This document shows, one piece after another, positions 27,689-36,495 of a stretch of 64,000 bases of DNA. How positions within the stretch are numbered: the stretch's first letter is position 1; each line of letters begins with the position of its first letter. A model generated the notes under the pieces. That model saw nothing but the letters and a program-made list of their open reading frames with translations. It was not told where the DNA came from and ran no database searches. Position numbers and translations under genes: made by a program. The DNA comes from an uncultured Planctomycetota bacterium (lineage in GTDB: Bacteria > Planctomycetota > Phycisphaerae > SM23-33): NCBI GenBank assembly GCA_903892515.1, contig CAITIS010000001.1, positions 13,552 through 77,551 of the forward strand, written 5' to 3'.

Positions 27689-28090
27689 GTGCGCATGAAG
27701 TGCATGGTAGATACAAGCGCGTTCCTGGCGGTGGCCCTGGACGAACCGGAAAAGGCCTGGCTGGTCGAGGCGACGAAGGGGTGTGTACTGGCCGCCCCGG
27801 CAGTTCTGCCCTATGAAATCGGCAATGCTCTTTCCGCGATGGTGAAACGCAAGTCCATTCTGGCGTCTGAAGCCGCCGCCGTTTGGGACACGATCGCGCG
27901 GATTCCCATAGAATTAACGGACTTCGACGTCAAGGCGGCGTTATTGCTGGCCGCTCGGTGCGGTTTGTATGCGTATGACGCCTACTACCTCCAATGCGCC
28001 ATGGTCACGCGATGTCCGCTGCTTACGCTGGACCGAGGCATGAAACACACCGCCAGGGAATTGCACATCACGCTGCTGGAGCAAGCATGA
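27689..28090 (+). CDS. PIN-domain ribonuclease toxin (VapC-like)
   Basis: Conserved acidic residues (VDTS..., ...AYDAYYL); alternative start at 27704. Confidence 0.65.
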   Translation: MRMKCMVDTSAFLAVALDEPEKAWLVEATKGCVLAAPAVLPYEIGNALSAMVKRKSILASEAAAVWDTIARIPIELTDFDVKAALLLAARCGLYAYDAYYLQCAMVTRCPLLTLDRGMKHTARELHITLLEQA

Positions 28091-28341
28091 AAGTTTACAC
28101 CTATTCTCAAGCGCGACAGAATCTCTCGGAAGTACTGAATCGGGCCAGGTCGGAAGATGTGTTTGTCCGGCGACGCGGCGGAGAGGTCTTCCGCATCGAG
28201 CCCAAGAAACAGGAAGGTTCACCTCTGGAAGTTCCCGGAGTAAAGACCAAGGCCAGGACCGCTGACATCCTCAAGGCCCTGCGGGAAGTCCGAGCGAGGC
28301 AAGGAGAACGGCTAACCGCCCGGCGCCGATCCCGCGGATAA
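28087..28341 (+). CDS. Phd/YefM-like type II antitoxin, encoded downstream of the toxin
   Basis: MKVYTYSQARQNLSEVLNRA N-terminus typical of Phd/YefM; its start overlaps the VapC stop (ATGA). Confidence 0.45.
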   Translation: MKVYTYSQARQNLSEVLNRARSEDVFVRRRGGEVFRIEPKKQEGSPLEVPGVKTKARTADILKALREVRARQGERLTARRRSRG

Positions 28342-28440
28342 ACGGGGCCGGTGAAGTGGCCCGTTGCGATGCTTGAACAAGAAAGGCTGGCAGGTCAGGA
28401 GACCCGCCAGCCCTTTTGATTGAGGTAATCGCCGTCCTCC

Positions 28441-28516
28441 GGCTTCCCGATTCCCGCTTCCCGAATCCCGCTTCCGGCTTGCCCGAATCCCGATTCCCGT
28501 TTTCCCGATTCCCGGC
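28441..28516. repeat. TTCCCGN heptamer array
   Basis: GGCTTCCCGATTCCCGCTTCCCGAATCCCGCTTCCGGCTTGCCCGAATCCCGATTCCCGTTTTCCCGATTCCCGG. Confidence 0.7.
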
Positions 28517-28524
28517 TTCTCCCG

Positions 28525-29904
28525 CTACCGAATTTTCGCCTTGGGATGGTGCTTGATGGCATCGAGCCCTGCGGCCAGGTCCGCGTCGGGCAGCGAGTAG
28601 TCCGACAGCTTGCCCTGGAAGTACTTGTCGTAGCCCACCAGGTCCATCAGCCCGTGGCCAGACCAGTTGAACAGGATCACCTTTTCCTTGCCCTCTTCCT
28701 TGGCCTTCTTAGCTTCGTCGATGGCGCAGGCGATGGCGTGGCTGGTCTCGGGCGCGGGGATGAAGCCCTCGGTCCGCGCGAACAGCACGGCCGATTCGTA
28801 GCAGCGGAGCTGATGAACGGCTCGCGGCGTGCACAGCCCTTCTTCCACCGCGTGGCTGACCAGGGGAGCCATGCCGTGATACCGCAGCCCGCCGGCGTGG
28901 ATGGGCGGCGGCACGAAGCGATGCCCCAGCGAATGCATCGCCATCAGTGGAGTCATCTTGGCCACGTCGCCGTGATCGTAGCTGAAGGGCCCGCGCGTCA
29001 GCGTCGGGCAGCTCTCGGGCTCGACGGGGATGATGTCGATCTTGGCGCCGTTGATCTTGTCGGCTATGAACGGGAAGGAAATGCCGGCGAAGTTGCTGCC
29101 GCCGCCCACGCAGCCAATGACCACGTCCACCTTCTTCTCGCCGATCTTGGCCAACTGCTTCTTGGCCTCCAGCCCGATGATGGTCTGGTGCAGCAGCACG
29201 TGGTTGAGCACGCTGCCCAAGCTGTACCGCGTCGAGCCGGTGGCGTCGCTGACGGCGGCCTCGATGGCCTCGCTGATGGCGATGCCCAGCGAACCGGGCG
29301 TGTCGGGTTGCTCTTTCAATATCTGCCGGCCCGCCGCCGTTTCGGTCGACGGGCTGGGCGTGCACTTGGCGCCCCAGGTCTCCATCATCAGCCGGCGGAA
29401 GGGCTTTTGCTCGAAGCTGATGCGGACCATGTACACCTTGCACTCCAGGCCGATCAGCGCGCAGGCGAACGCCAAGGCCGAGCCCCACTGGCCCGCGCCT
29501 GTCTCGGTTGTCAGCCGCTTGATGCCGAATTGCTTGTTGTACCAGGCCTGCGGAATGGCCGTGTTGGGCTTGTGGCTGCCGGCCGGGCTGACGCCTTCGT
29601 GCTTGAAGTAGATGCGGGCCGGCGTGCCCAGGTACTCTTCCAGCCGGCGGGCGCGGTACAGCGGGCTGGGCCGCCACAGGTACAGCATCTTGAGCACTTC
29701 ATCGGGGATGTCGATCCAACGCTGGGTGGACATCTCCTGCTCGATGATGTTCATGGGAAAGACCGGCGCCAGCATCTCGGGCTTGACCGGCTGGCCGTCG
29801 GGCCCCAGTGGCGGCAGCGGCGCGTGCGGCAGGTCGGCGGCCAGGTTGTACCATTGGCGCGGAATGTCCTTTTCGTCAAGTTGAACCTTGGTGACGTCCA
29901 TCAC
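28525..29904 (-). CDS. TrpB2-type tryptophan synthase beta-like PLP enzyme
   Basis: HKPNTA PLP-lysine region; the long N-terminal extension typical of TrpB2. Confidence 0.75.
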   Translation of the reverse strand: MMDVTKVQLDEKDIPRQWYNLAADLPHAPLPPLGPDGQPVKPEMLAPVFPMNIIEQEMSTQRWIDIPDEVLKMLYLWRPSPLYRARRLEEYLGTPARIYFKHEGVSPAGSHKPNTAIPQAWYNKQFGIKRLTTETGAGQWGSALAFACALIGLECKVYMVRISFEQKPFRRLMMETWGAKCTPSPSTETAAGRQILKEQPDTPGSLGIAISEAIEAAVSDATGSTRYSLGSVLNHVLLHQTIIGLEAKKQLAKIGEKKVDVVIGCVGGGSNFAGISFPFIADKINGAKIDIIPVEPESCPTLTRGPFSYDHGDVAKMTPLMAMHSLGHRFVPPPIHAGGLRYHGMAPLVSHAVEEGLCTPRAVHQLRCYESAVLFARTEGFIPAPETSHAIACAIDEAKKAKEEGKEKVILFNWSGHGLMDLVGYDKYFQGKLSDYSLPDADLAAGLDAIKHHPKAKIR

Positions 29905-29976
29905 GAACTTCTCCGATCAAGCCAGGCGAGGCCTTCGGTCCACAGGCCCGCAGCAGAAAGAAGGGCGAAAGACAGG

Positions 29977-30057
29977 GTGTAGGTCGTAGGGCGTAGGGCG
30001 TAGGGAAATACGCCAAACCGCCGCGTCTCTTCCCTACGCCCTATGCCCTACGCCCTT
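29977..30057. terminator. Long hairpin built from inverted GGGCGTA heptamer arrays (stem ~20 bp, loop ~25 nt)
   Basis: GTAGGTCGTAGGGCGTAGGGCGTAGGGAAATACGCCAAACCGCCGCGTCTCTTCCCTACGCCCTATGCCCTACGCCC, downstream of the sensor kinase stop. Confidence 0.55.
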
Positions 30058-30271
30058 CCTTCTGCTGGGGGCCCATGGCCATGCCTGTCATATATCGACT
30101 GGCTGAGGCATCAGGATACCAGAGAATCGGCGATCTGTGTGAAGCTGAGTTTCATCGGAAAACGCGCCGATGAATCGAGCGGACCCGCACGCCGGGTGCC
30201 GTGGCCGCGGAGTCCAGCGGCCACGTTCAAAGAGCGACATGCCCGCGACACACGAACAACACTCGTCCGCC

Positions 30272-32176
30272 CTACCGCTTTGGCGGCGGCAGCGGCGGGA
30301 TGACGACCGTCACGGTCGTGCCTTTGCCCAGCTCGCTTTGCAGGTCGATCGTGCCGGCCAGTTGCTCGCAGGCGTGCTTGACGATGGCCAGTCCCAGCCC
30401 CGTGCCGCGGATGCTGGTGTCGCCGCTGCGGGCGGCGTCGGCCTGGAAGAATCGCTCGAAGACGCGCGTCTGATCTTCCTTGCGGATGCCGCAGCCGGTG
30501 TCGCTGACGCGCATGACCAGCCGACCATCGTCGCGCAGGGCCAGGCTGGCCGACACGTGGCCGCCGGCGGGCGTGAACTTGATGGCATTGTCCAACAGGT
30601 TCTGCAGGATCAACTCCAGCAGCTTGCGGTCGGACTGGAACGCAACGGGCAACGTGGCCGGGCCGGGCTGGACCGCCCCGGCAGTAGTTGCTTGGGCGAC
30701 GCTGGCAGCGGTGGCCTGCCCAGTGTCGGCAGCAGCTGCGCCAGTGACCGCAGCGCCAGCCGGCGCTTCCACAGTCAGCGCCACGTTTCTTTCCTCGGCC
30801 TTGGGGCCGAAAATTCCCACCGCCCAGTTGCGGAATTTCTGAACGTCGATCTCCTCGGCCCGCAGCTTGATCTTGCCCGTCTCCACCAGGTGCAGATCGA
30901 GCAGGTCCTTGGTCATATTCTCCAGGCGGGTGACGTGGCGGTGCAGGATGCCGTGCACGCGCTGCGACATGGCCTCATCCATCGCGCCCATGTCCTCCAT
31001 ATTGTCCACAGCCGCCCGTAGCGTGGCCAGCGGCGTGCGCAACTCATGCGAGGCATTGGCGGCGAATTCGGCTTTCATGGCCGAGGCCCGCACCAGGTCC
31101 GTCACGTCGCGCAGCACAAGCAGCTCGGCGATGCCGGCGGTCGAATTCAGCGGGGCCACGTGAATGTCCAGCGTCCGCCGCAGGCCGCGAATGTCGGCCT
31201 CGGACTGGCGCTGCAAGGTCTGCTTCTGGGCGAAGACCTGGTTGGACAGGTCCACCACGTCGGGCACGCGCACTACGGAGGGCAGCGGCTTGCCGACGGC
31301 CTGGCTGGCGTCGGCGCCGAGCATGGCCCCGGCGGTGCTGTTCATGAGCACGACCCGGGCATTGGCGTCCAGCGCCACGATGCCCTCGCCGAGATTGGAA
31401 ATCACGGTCTGCAAATCGCCGCGCTGGGCGGCGATGGTCTGGATCTGGCTGGCCAGGCCGTCACGCATATCGTTGAGGGCCGCCGCCAGCCGCGACAGTT
31501 CCCGAAAGCCGGTAACGCGTGCCTTCTGCTCTAAACTGCCCGAGGCGATCTGCCGGGCCGTCAGCGTGATCTTGCGCAGCGGCAGGTACCAGAACAGGGC
31601 GATCACCGACGAAAACACGGCCGCCGAGATCAGGCCGATGATCCCGCCGGTCAGCAGCATGTGCCGCAGCAGGTCGCGGTCGGTGTGCAGCGCCGTCAGC
31701 GGCATGGCCAGGCGAACGGCCCCCACTACGCGACCATCGAGAACCACCGGATGGGCAAGGTAGCGAAATTCCTCATCGGCGGTTTCGCTCCGCCGTGTGG
31801 CCGAGCCGGGCCGACCGGCCAGGGCGTCGACCAACTCGGGCCGAGAGACCGTGGCGTGATTGTCCATCTGCCGGGCGTCGAAGAGATTGTCATACAGCAC
31901 TTGCCCGTCGGCTGCGATCACCGTCAGACGCAGCGGGCTGCCCGCCAGCACCGACCGGCAAAGCTTGTCCATGGCCGCGGGCGTGTTGGCCTGGGGCCAA
32001 GCCTGCCCAACCAAGGCCGTGCAGACGGAGGTCAACTCCTGCTGCCGAGCCTGGGATTCACGCTGGAAGAACCGGCTGAAAGCGGGGTAGGCAAAGCCCA
32101 GGGCCAAGCCCAGCATGAGCAGCACCAACAGCAGGCTGCCCAGGAACAGCCGAAGAAACAGGCTACGCCGTCTCAT
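30272..32176 (-). CDS. Sensor histidine kinase (TM-HAMP-PAS-HisKA-HATPase), PhoR-like
   Basis: H-box HELRTPLATL; HATPase motifs GTGLGLAIV; overlaps the RR gene by 14 nt. Confidence 0.8.
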   Translation of the reverse strand: MRRRSLFLRLFLGSLLLVLLMLGLALGFAYPAFSRFFQRESQARQQELTSVCTALVGQAWPQANTPAAMDKLCRSVLAGSPLRLTVIAADGQVLYDNLFDARQMDNHATVSRPELVDALAGRPGSATRRSETADEEFRYLAHPVVLDGRVVGAVRLAMPLTALHTDRDLLRHMLLTGGIIGLISAAVFSSVIALFWYLPLRKITLTARQIASGSLEQKARVTGFRELSRLAAALNDMRDGLASQIQTIAAQRGDLQTVISNLGEGIVALDANARVVLMNSTAGAMLGADASQAVGKPLPSVVRVPDVVDLSNQVFAQKQTLQRQSEADIRGLRRTLDIHVAPLNSTAGIAELLVLRDVTDLVRASAMKAEFAANASHELRTPLATLRAAVDNMEDMGAMDEAMSQRVHGILHRHVTRLENMTKDLLDLHLVETGKIKLRAEEIDVQKFRNWAVGIFGPKAEERNVALTVEAPAGAAVTGAAAADTGQATAASVAQATTAGAVQPGPATLPVAFQSDRKLLELILQNLLDNAIKFTPAGGHVSASLALRDDGRLVMRVSDTGCGIRKEDQTRVFERFFQADAARSGDTSIRGTGLGLAIVKHACEQLAGTIDLQSELGKGTTVTVVIPPLPPPKR

Positions 32177-32864
32177 CCTCGCCCGCCAATTTGTATCCCA
32201 GGCCTCGGACGGTCTGAATGTGGTTCCGCGCCGCGCCCAGTTTCCGTCGAAGCGCCGTCAGGTGGACATCGATGGTACGGTCCGTCACGACGGCGTCAAT
32301 GCCGAGAATCTGATCGATGAGCTGATTTCTCGAAAGCACCCGCCCGCGCGCCGCCGCCAGGGCGGTCAGGATGCGGAACTCCGTCAGCGTCAGCGTAATG
32401 TTCTCGCCGTTGACCTGCACCTCGTGGCGATGCTGGTCGATGACAATCGGCCCGGCCTTGATCATGCCGCTCTCGCTGGAGGAGGCGTCCGAGGAGCGGC
32501 GCAGAATGGCGGCGATCCGCGCCAGTAGCACGGACATGGAGAAAGGCTTGGTAACATAGTCGTCGGCCCCGAGCTTCAGGCCCACGACGATGTCGCTCTC
32601 CTCGCTCTTGGCCGTCAGCATCAGGATCGGAATGGCGGCGGTGCGGGGATCGGAGCGGACCTGCGCGGCGATCTCCGTGCCGCTCATGCCCGGCAGCATG
32701 AGATCCAGCACGACCAGGTCAGGCCGGAGGGAGCGAATCTTCTCTAAGCCCTCGCTGCCATCGCGGGCGACTTCCACTTCGTAATGCTCACGTGTCAACC
32801 GCATGGCCACCAGGTCGGCCATGTCCCGTTCGTCTTCGATAATGAGAATCTGTTTTTTCGACAT
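32163..32864 (-). CDS. OmpR/PhoB-family response regulator
   Basis: REC domain (ILIIEDERDMADL...VLDLMLPGMSG) plus winged-helix C-terminus (RGLGYKL); start at the ATG at 32864 (MSKKQ), not the ORF-track extension. Confidence 0.85.
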   Translation of the reverse strand: MSKKQILIIEDERDMADLVAMRLTREHYEVEVARDGSEGLEKIRSLRPDLVVLDLMLPGMSGTEIAAQVRSDPRTAAIPILMLTAKSEESDIVVGLKLGADDYVTKPFSMSVLLARIAAILRRSSDASSSESGMIKAGPIVIDQHRHEVQVNGENITLTLTEFRILTALAAARGRVLSRNQLIDQILGIDAVVTDRTIDVHLTALRRKLGAARNHIQTVRGLGYKLAGEDETA

Positions 32865-32996
32865 CTTGGTAATAATTGTAATCGCAGGCGAAGCCCCGGA
32901 AACCTCCATCCAACACCCTAACGTAATATTAATGACATCCGAGGGTCGCCTGAACATAATTCGGCTGTAACCTAAGCGTAAGGATAACAAAACATT

Positions 32997-33668
32997 GTGA
33001 GTGAACTGGCCAAACAGATCGACGTGCTGCTGCGGCGGCTCAATGCCCTGGGTTTGCGCGTGGAACAGGCCGCGCAGGACGCGCTGGAGGCGACGCGCCG
33101 GCTGGACGTTGACGCCGGCAAGGCCGTGGACGAGCGCGACGCCGAGGTCGACCGCGAGGAAGTCGCCATCGAGCAGGAGTGCATCCGCCAGTTGGCGCTG
33201 TACCAGCCGGCGGCCATCGACCTGCGCACGATCTGCACGATCATCAAGGTCAACAGCGACCTGGAACGGATCGCCGACTTGGCCAGCGGCATCGGCCGGC
33301 GGGTCAAGCGAATGGTTGCCGAGGGGGCCAGCGTCGGCGGCGACGCCGATTTCAACGAAGTGGCCGGCATCACGCTGGAACTGCTCAAAAAGACCATCGA
33401 CAGCCTGGTGGACCCGCAAATCGACCTGGCCCGCGAGGTGATGGAATCCGACAAGCAGATCAACCAGGCGTACAAGCGTTTCGTCCGCGGCGTGCCGGAA
33501 CGCGAACGAACCAAAGAAGGCGGGGCCGACCGGGCCATCACGCTGTTCATGCTCGCCAAGACGCTCGAACGCATCGGCGACCACTGCACCAACATCGCCG
33601 AAGACATCATCTTCTGGCGCACCGGCGAGATCGTCCGACATCTGCGGACGACCACTGAGCAACGCTGA
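32997..33668 (+). CDS. phoU: PhoU phosphate-signalling accessory protein
   Basis: Two PhoU repeats with the conserved DLRTI...LERIADLA and LERIGDHCTNIAE. Confidence 0.75.
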   Translation: MSELAKQIDVLLRRLNALGLRVEQAAQDALEATRRLDVDAGKAVDERDAEVDREEVAIEQECIRQLALYQPAAIDLRTICTIIKVNSDLERIADLASGIGRRVKRMVAEGASVGGDADFNEVAGITLELLKKTIDSLVDPQIDLAREVMESDKQINQAYKRFVRGVPERERTKEGGADRAITLFMLAKTLERIGDHCTNIAEDIIFWRTGEIVRHLRTTTEQR

Positions 33669-33683
33669 GAGGTCCTGAAGTTT

Positions 33684-33905
33684 CCTCAGCCCGAAGGGCT
33701 GCCAGAGTACAGCCCAGGGCAAAGCGAAGCGCCGCCCTGGGTATACATCAACATATACAAATTAGCCCTGAAAGGGCGGCAAGATTGTCGCGCCCCTTCA
33801 GGGCTGAATACGTACGGCCCGTACCCAGGGCGGCGCTGTCGCTTGCCCTGGGCTGTATTCTCTGAGCCTTTCAGGCTGGCGCAAGACCGCATCTTCGGCC
33901 CTTGG
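33684..33905. repeat. ~220-bp palindromic multi-hairpin element, copy 1
   Basis: Its first ~60 bp are the reverse complement of its last ~60 bp; three GC hairpins; homologous to 36120-36318. Confidence 0.6.
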
Positions 33906-33967
33906 CGGTGGCCTATCAGCATCGCTTCCGACTCTGCGCTCTCTGCGGCTCTGCGGCTGAACTCTCG

Positions 33968-35833
33968 CTACACCTTCGCGGCCTCTTTGGCCAATTGGCC
34001 CACTGACCGAGCCATGGTGGCCGGTGTGGCGGCGCTGGGGTCGGCGTAGTTGCGTTCGTAGTAGGTCGGCGGCTCGTACGTCTGCCCTGCCTCCAGCCGC
34101 GCCGTTTCCTGCGTCAGCTTGCGGAAGGCATACCGACCCAGCACAGGCGCCGCCAAGCGGGCACGCCAGCCGAACGTCTTGACAAGTTCCTTCAACAGTT
34201 CGTCCAGGTGCTGGCTGACCGGCACATTGTGAGCGAACCATTTCCGCCCCGCCCACACAGCGGCCGGGAATGCGCTGCACGCGCCGTCCATCTCCCAGAC
34301 GTACCGAGCCCGCACGCGGGCCTCAGGGTGGTTGCGATGCTTGAGATACCCCTTGAGCGTCGTGCGGATCACCCGCATTACGCTGGGGCCATTGACCTGG
34401 AAGTCCTCGGTGAAGGCCTTGAGCAGGTACGCCGTCTCCTGGCCATTCTTGATGTGCGGATGGCGGAAGTTGAAACGGAACTGGCCGTGGGTGTCTTCAA
34501 ACGCGATCTCGTCGGGCCCCAGCAGCGTGCCCTGCTGCTCATGCTGGGCATACAGCGGCGTGCCGGCCACCGGCGTGTACAGCATGAACTGGTGAAAGTC
34601 CGTGTTGTGGCTGACGGCGTAACTGATGGCCGCACTCATATTCTCGGGCGTGTGGTCTTCCATGCCGATGATCGACGAGCCCAGCACGCGAATGCCGTTG
34701 TCCTGCAATTCGGCCACCAGCTTGCGCGTGTCGGTGCCGCCGAGTTTGCCGTACTGGCTATTCTCGCCCTCCAAGCCCAGCCACAGCCAACTGATCCCCA
34801 GCGAGACCAACTCGTCCATGGTGTACATGCGGATCGCATTGGCCGAGCTGAAGACGTAGAAGGCCCAGGATTTGTTGTGCTGGCGCATCAGCTCCAGCAA
34901 TTCCATGGCCCTGGTGCGTTGCAGCAGGAAGTTTTCGTCCATCACAAAGAAGGCGTGGATCTTCATCGTGTCTTCGAGTTGGCACATGACCTCGAAAAGG
35001 TCCTTGGCCTTGGGGAAGAAGCTGACGAACTTGCCCTTGCCTCCGAACATGGCCGAGGTGGAGCAGAAGTTGCAGCCAATGGGGCAGCCTACCGACGGCA
35101 GCAGTGCGGCCGAACTCTTCTGGGCGGCCTCGGTGAACGGGATACCCATGGTTCGCTGGTCAATGCCCGACAGCACGGCGGGGTGGCGAATCGGCTGATT
35201 GGCATCTTCGCCCAAATACTCGCGGAACCAACGCACGCCCTCGCCGCGGACGATGTGATCGGCGTCCACGCGCTGGGCCAAGTCCGGCTGGCCGGTAATG
35301 TGGCCGCCGACGATGATCTTGGCCTTGGGCAGGTGCAGCCGGATCAGCTCGCACATCTTGGCGACCTTGGGCAGGTTCGGCAGGATGCCACTGACGCCGA
35401 CGATGTCGTAGTCGTTGTCACGCAGTTCAGCGATGAAGCGCTCCAGCGTGGGGAAGTCCAGCACGGTGCAGCGGGCCTGGATGTTGGCCTGGATGAGCAT
35501 CAGCCCCCAACTGCGGTGGAACATCCGCATGGAGAACGCGCCCTGCATGCGCGTGACCTGGTTGTGCCAGAGTTCCATGGGGTTGATGCGCCGGCTGCCG
35601 TATTCGTCGTCCTGGGCGTATGGCCCAAAGACGCTGCACAGCAGCACCTTGGCCTTGCCGCCCAGCGGGTGCTTGGGTTGAATCTGGATCGGTGTGCGGG
35701 TGGGAACAAAACCTGAAACGGTTGTGTGAGAGATATCGGCGACTGACAAACAGCACCTTCGATGCACTCTTGAGGAGGGTTCATACCAGCGGGACCAACC
35801 CGCATGCCTGAGAGAAGGCGGAAACTCTAACAC
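33968..35833 (-). CDS. B12-binding domain radical SAM protein (class B rSAM)
   Basis: CxxxCxxC cluster (GCPIGCNFCS) after an N-terminal cobalamin-binding Rossmann-like domain (KVLLCSVFGPY...GGHITG); start uncertain. Confidence 0.55.
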   Translation of the reverse strand: MLEFPPSLRHAGWSRWYEPSSRVHRRCCLSVADISHTTVSGFVPTRTPIQIQPKHPLGGKAKVLLCSVFGPYAQDDEYGSRRINPMELWHNQVTRMQGAFSMRMFHRSWGLMLIQANIQARCTVLDFPTLERFIAELRDNDYDIVGVSGILPNLPKVAKMCELIRLHLPKAKIIVGGHITGQPDLAQRVDADHIVRGEGVRWFREYLGEDANQPIRHPAVLSGIDQRTMGIPFTEAAQKSSAALLPSVGCPIGCNFCSTSAMFGGKGKFVSFFPKAKDLFEVMCQLEDTMKIHAFFVMDENFLLQRTRAMELLELMRQHNKSWAFYVFSSANAIRMYTMDELVSLGISWLWLGLEGENSQYGKLGGTDTRKLVAELQDNGIRVLGSSIIGMEDHTPENMSAAISYAVSHNTDFHQFMLYTPVAGTPLYAQHEQQGTLLGPDEIAFEDTHGQFRFNFRHPHIKNGQETAYLLKAFTEDFQVNGPSVMRVIRTTLKGYLKHRNHPEARVRARYVWEMDGACSAFPAAVWAGRKWFAHNVPVSQHLDELLKELVKTFGWRARLAAPVLGRYAFRKLTQETARLEAGQTYEPPTYYERNYADPSAATPATMARSVGQLAKEAAKV

Positions 35834-36119
35834 CGCTCACGAGTGCAACAGGTGAGGATGCCCGGCTCGCGTGCCACTTTCGGCCACGACTCTCCAGGCG
35901 CAATTATGCCAGATAGGAGGCAGCTTCGCCAAGCCTATCTACTACTACGCATAGATCGTAGGATCGGCTATTTGGAACCGCTAGCAAAAGGAATTCCGGG
36001 AGCCGCCGGAGAGCTTCACAGACCCGGCCGCGTAAACAGTGCAGCCCAAAGAACTAACGCATGAGAATGAATTTGGCGGCAGACACGGTTATTCCAGACG
36101 GAGGCGTTTGCACAGCTTT

Positions 36120-36318
36120 GGCCACGCAGCCCGGAGGGCTGAGAGAATACAGCCTGGGGCAACGCCCCAGGTGAGGTGCCTCACACAGCCAAGCCCTGCA
36201 CGGGCGCGAGAGGCAAAGCTCTCCCGCTCTTGCAGGGCTGAATCGTCGCACCCCGCCAACCCAGGGCGGCGCTTCGCTCTGCCCTGGGCTGGACTCTTCA
36301 AGCCCTTCGGGCTGAAGG
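36120..36318. repeat. ~200-bp palindromic multi-hairpin element, copy 2
   Basis: Alignable to 33780-33905 (for example ACCCAGGGCGGCGCTTCGCTCTGCCCTGGGCTG); same orientation as copy 1. Confidence 0.6.
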
Positions 36319-36495
36319 AACACGGAGCAAGACGCTTCATACAAAAGCCTCCGCCGCCTCCGGCTCTGGCTCCGCCTCTGCCCTCTGCCTCCGCCTCTGC
36401 GGCTCGGCGGCCCACTTCTTCGCGCCGCCGCTTCCTTCCTGACCTGCTCTTGTTGTAGAATCTTCCGTTTCCAGCCAGATGAGAAAGAGCCAAGG

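Noticed and set aside
33686-33922. Small ORFs inside the ~200-bp palindromic elements (for example 33686-33922 minus, 36089-36493 minus)
   Set aside because: They are translations of hairpin-rich repeat DNA with biased Ala/Arg/Gly/Pro composition and no ribosome-binding sites.
36440-36495. Promoter call upstream of purL (TTGTTGTAGAAT)
   Set aside because: Only a -10-like TAGAAT is present, with no properly spaced -35. Confidence is too low to list as a feature.
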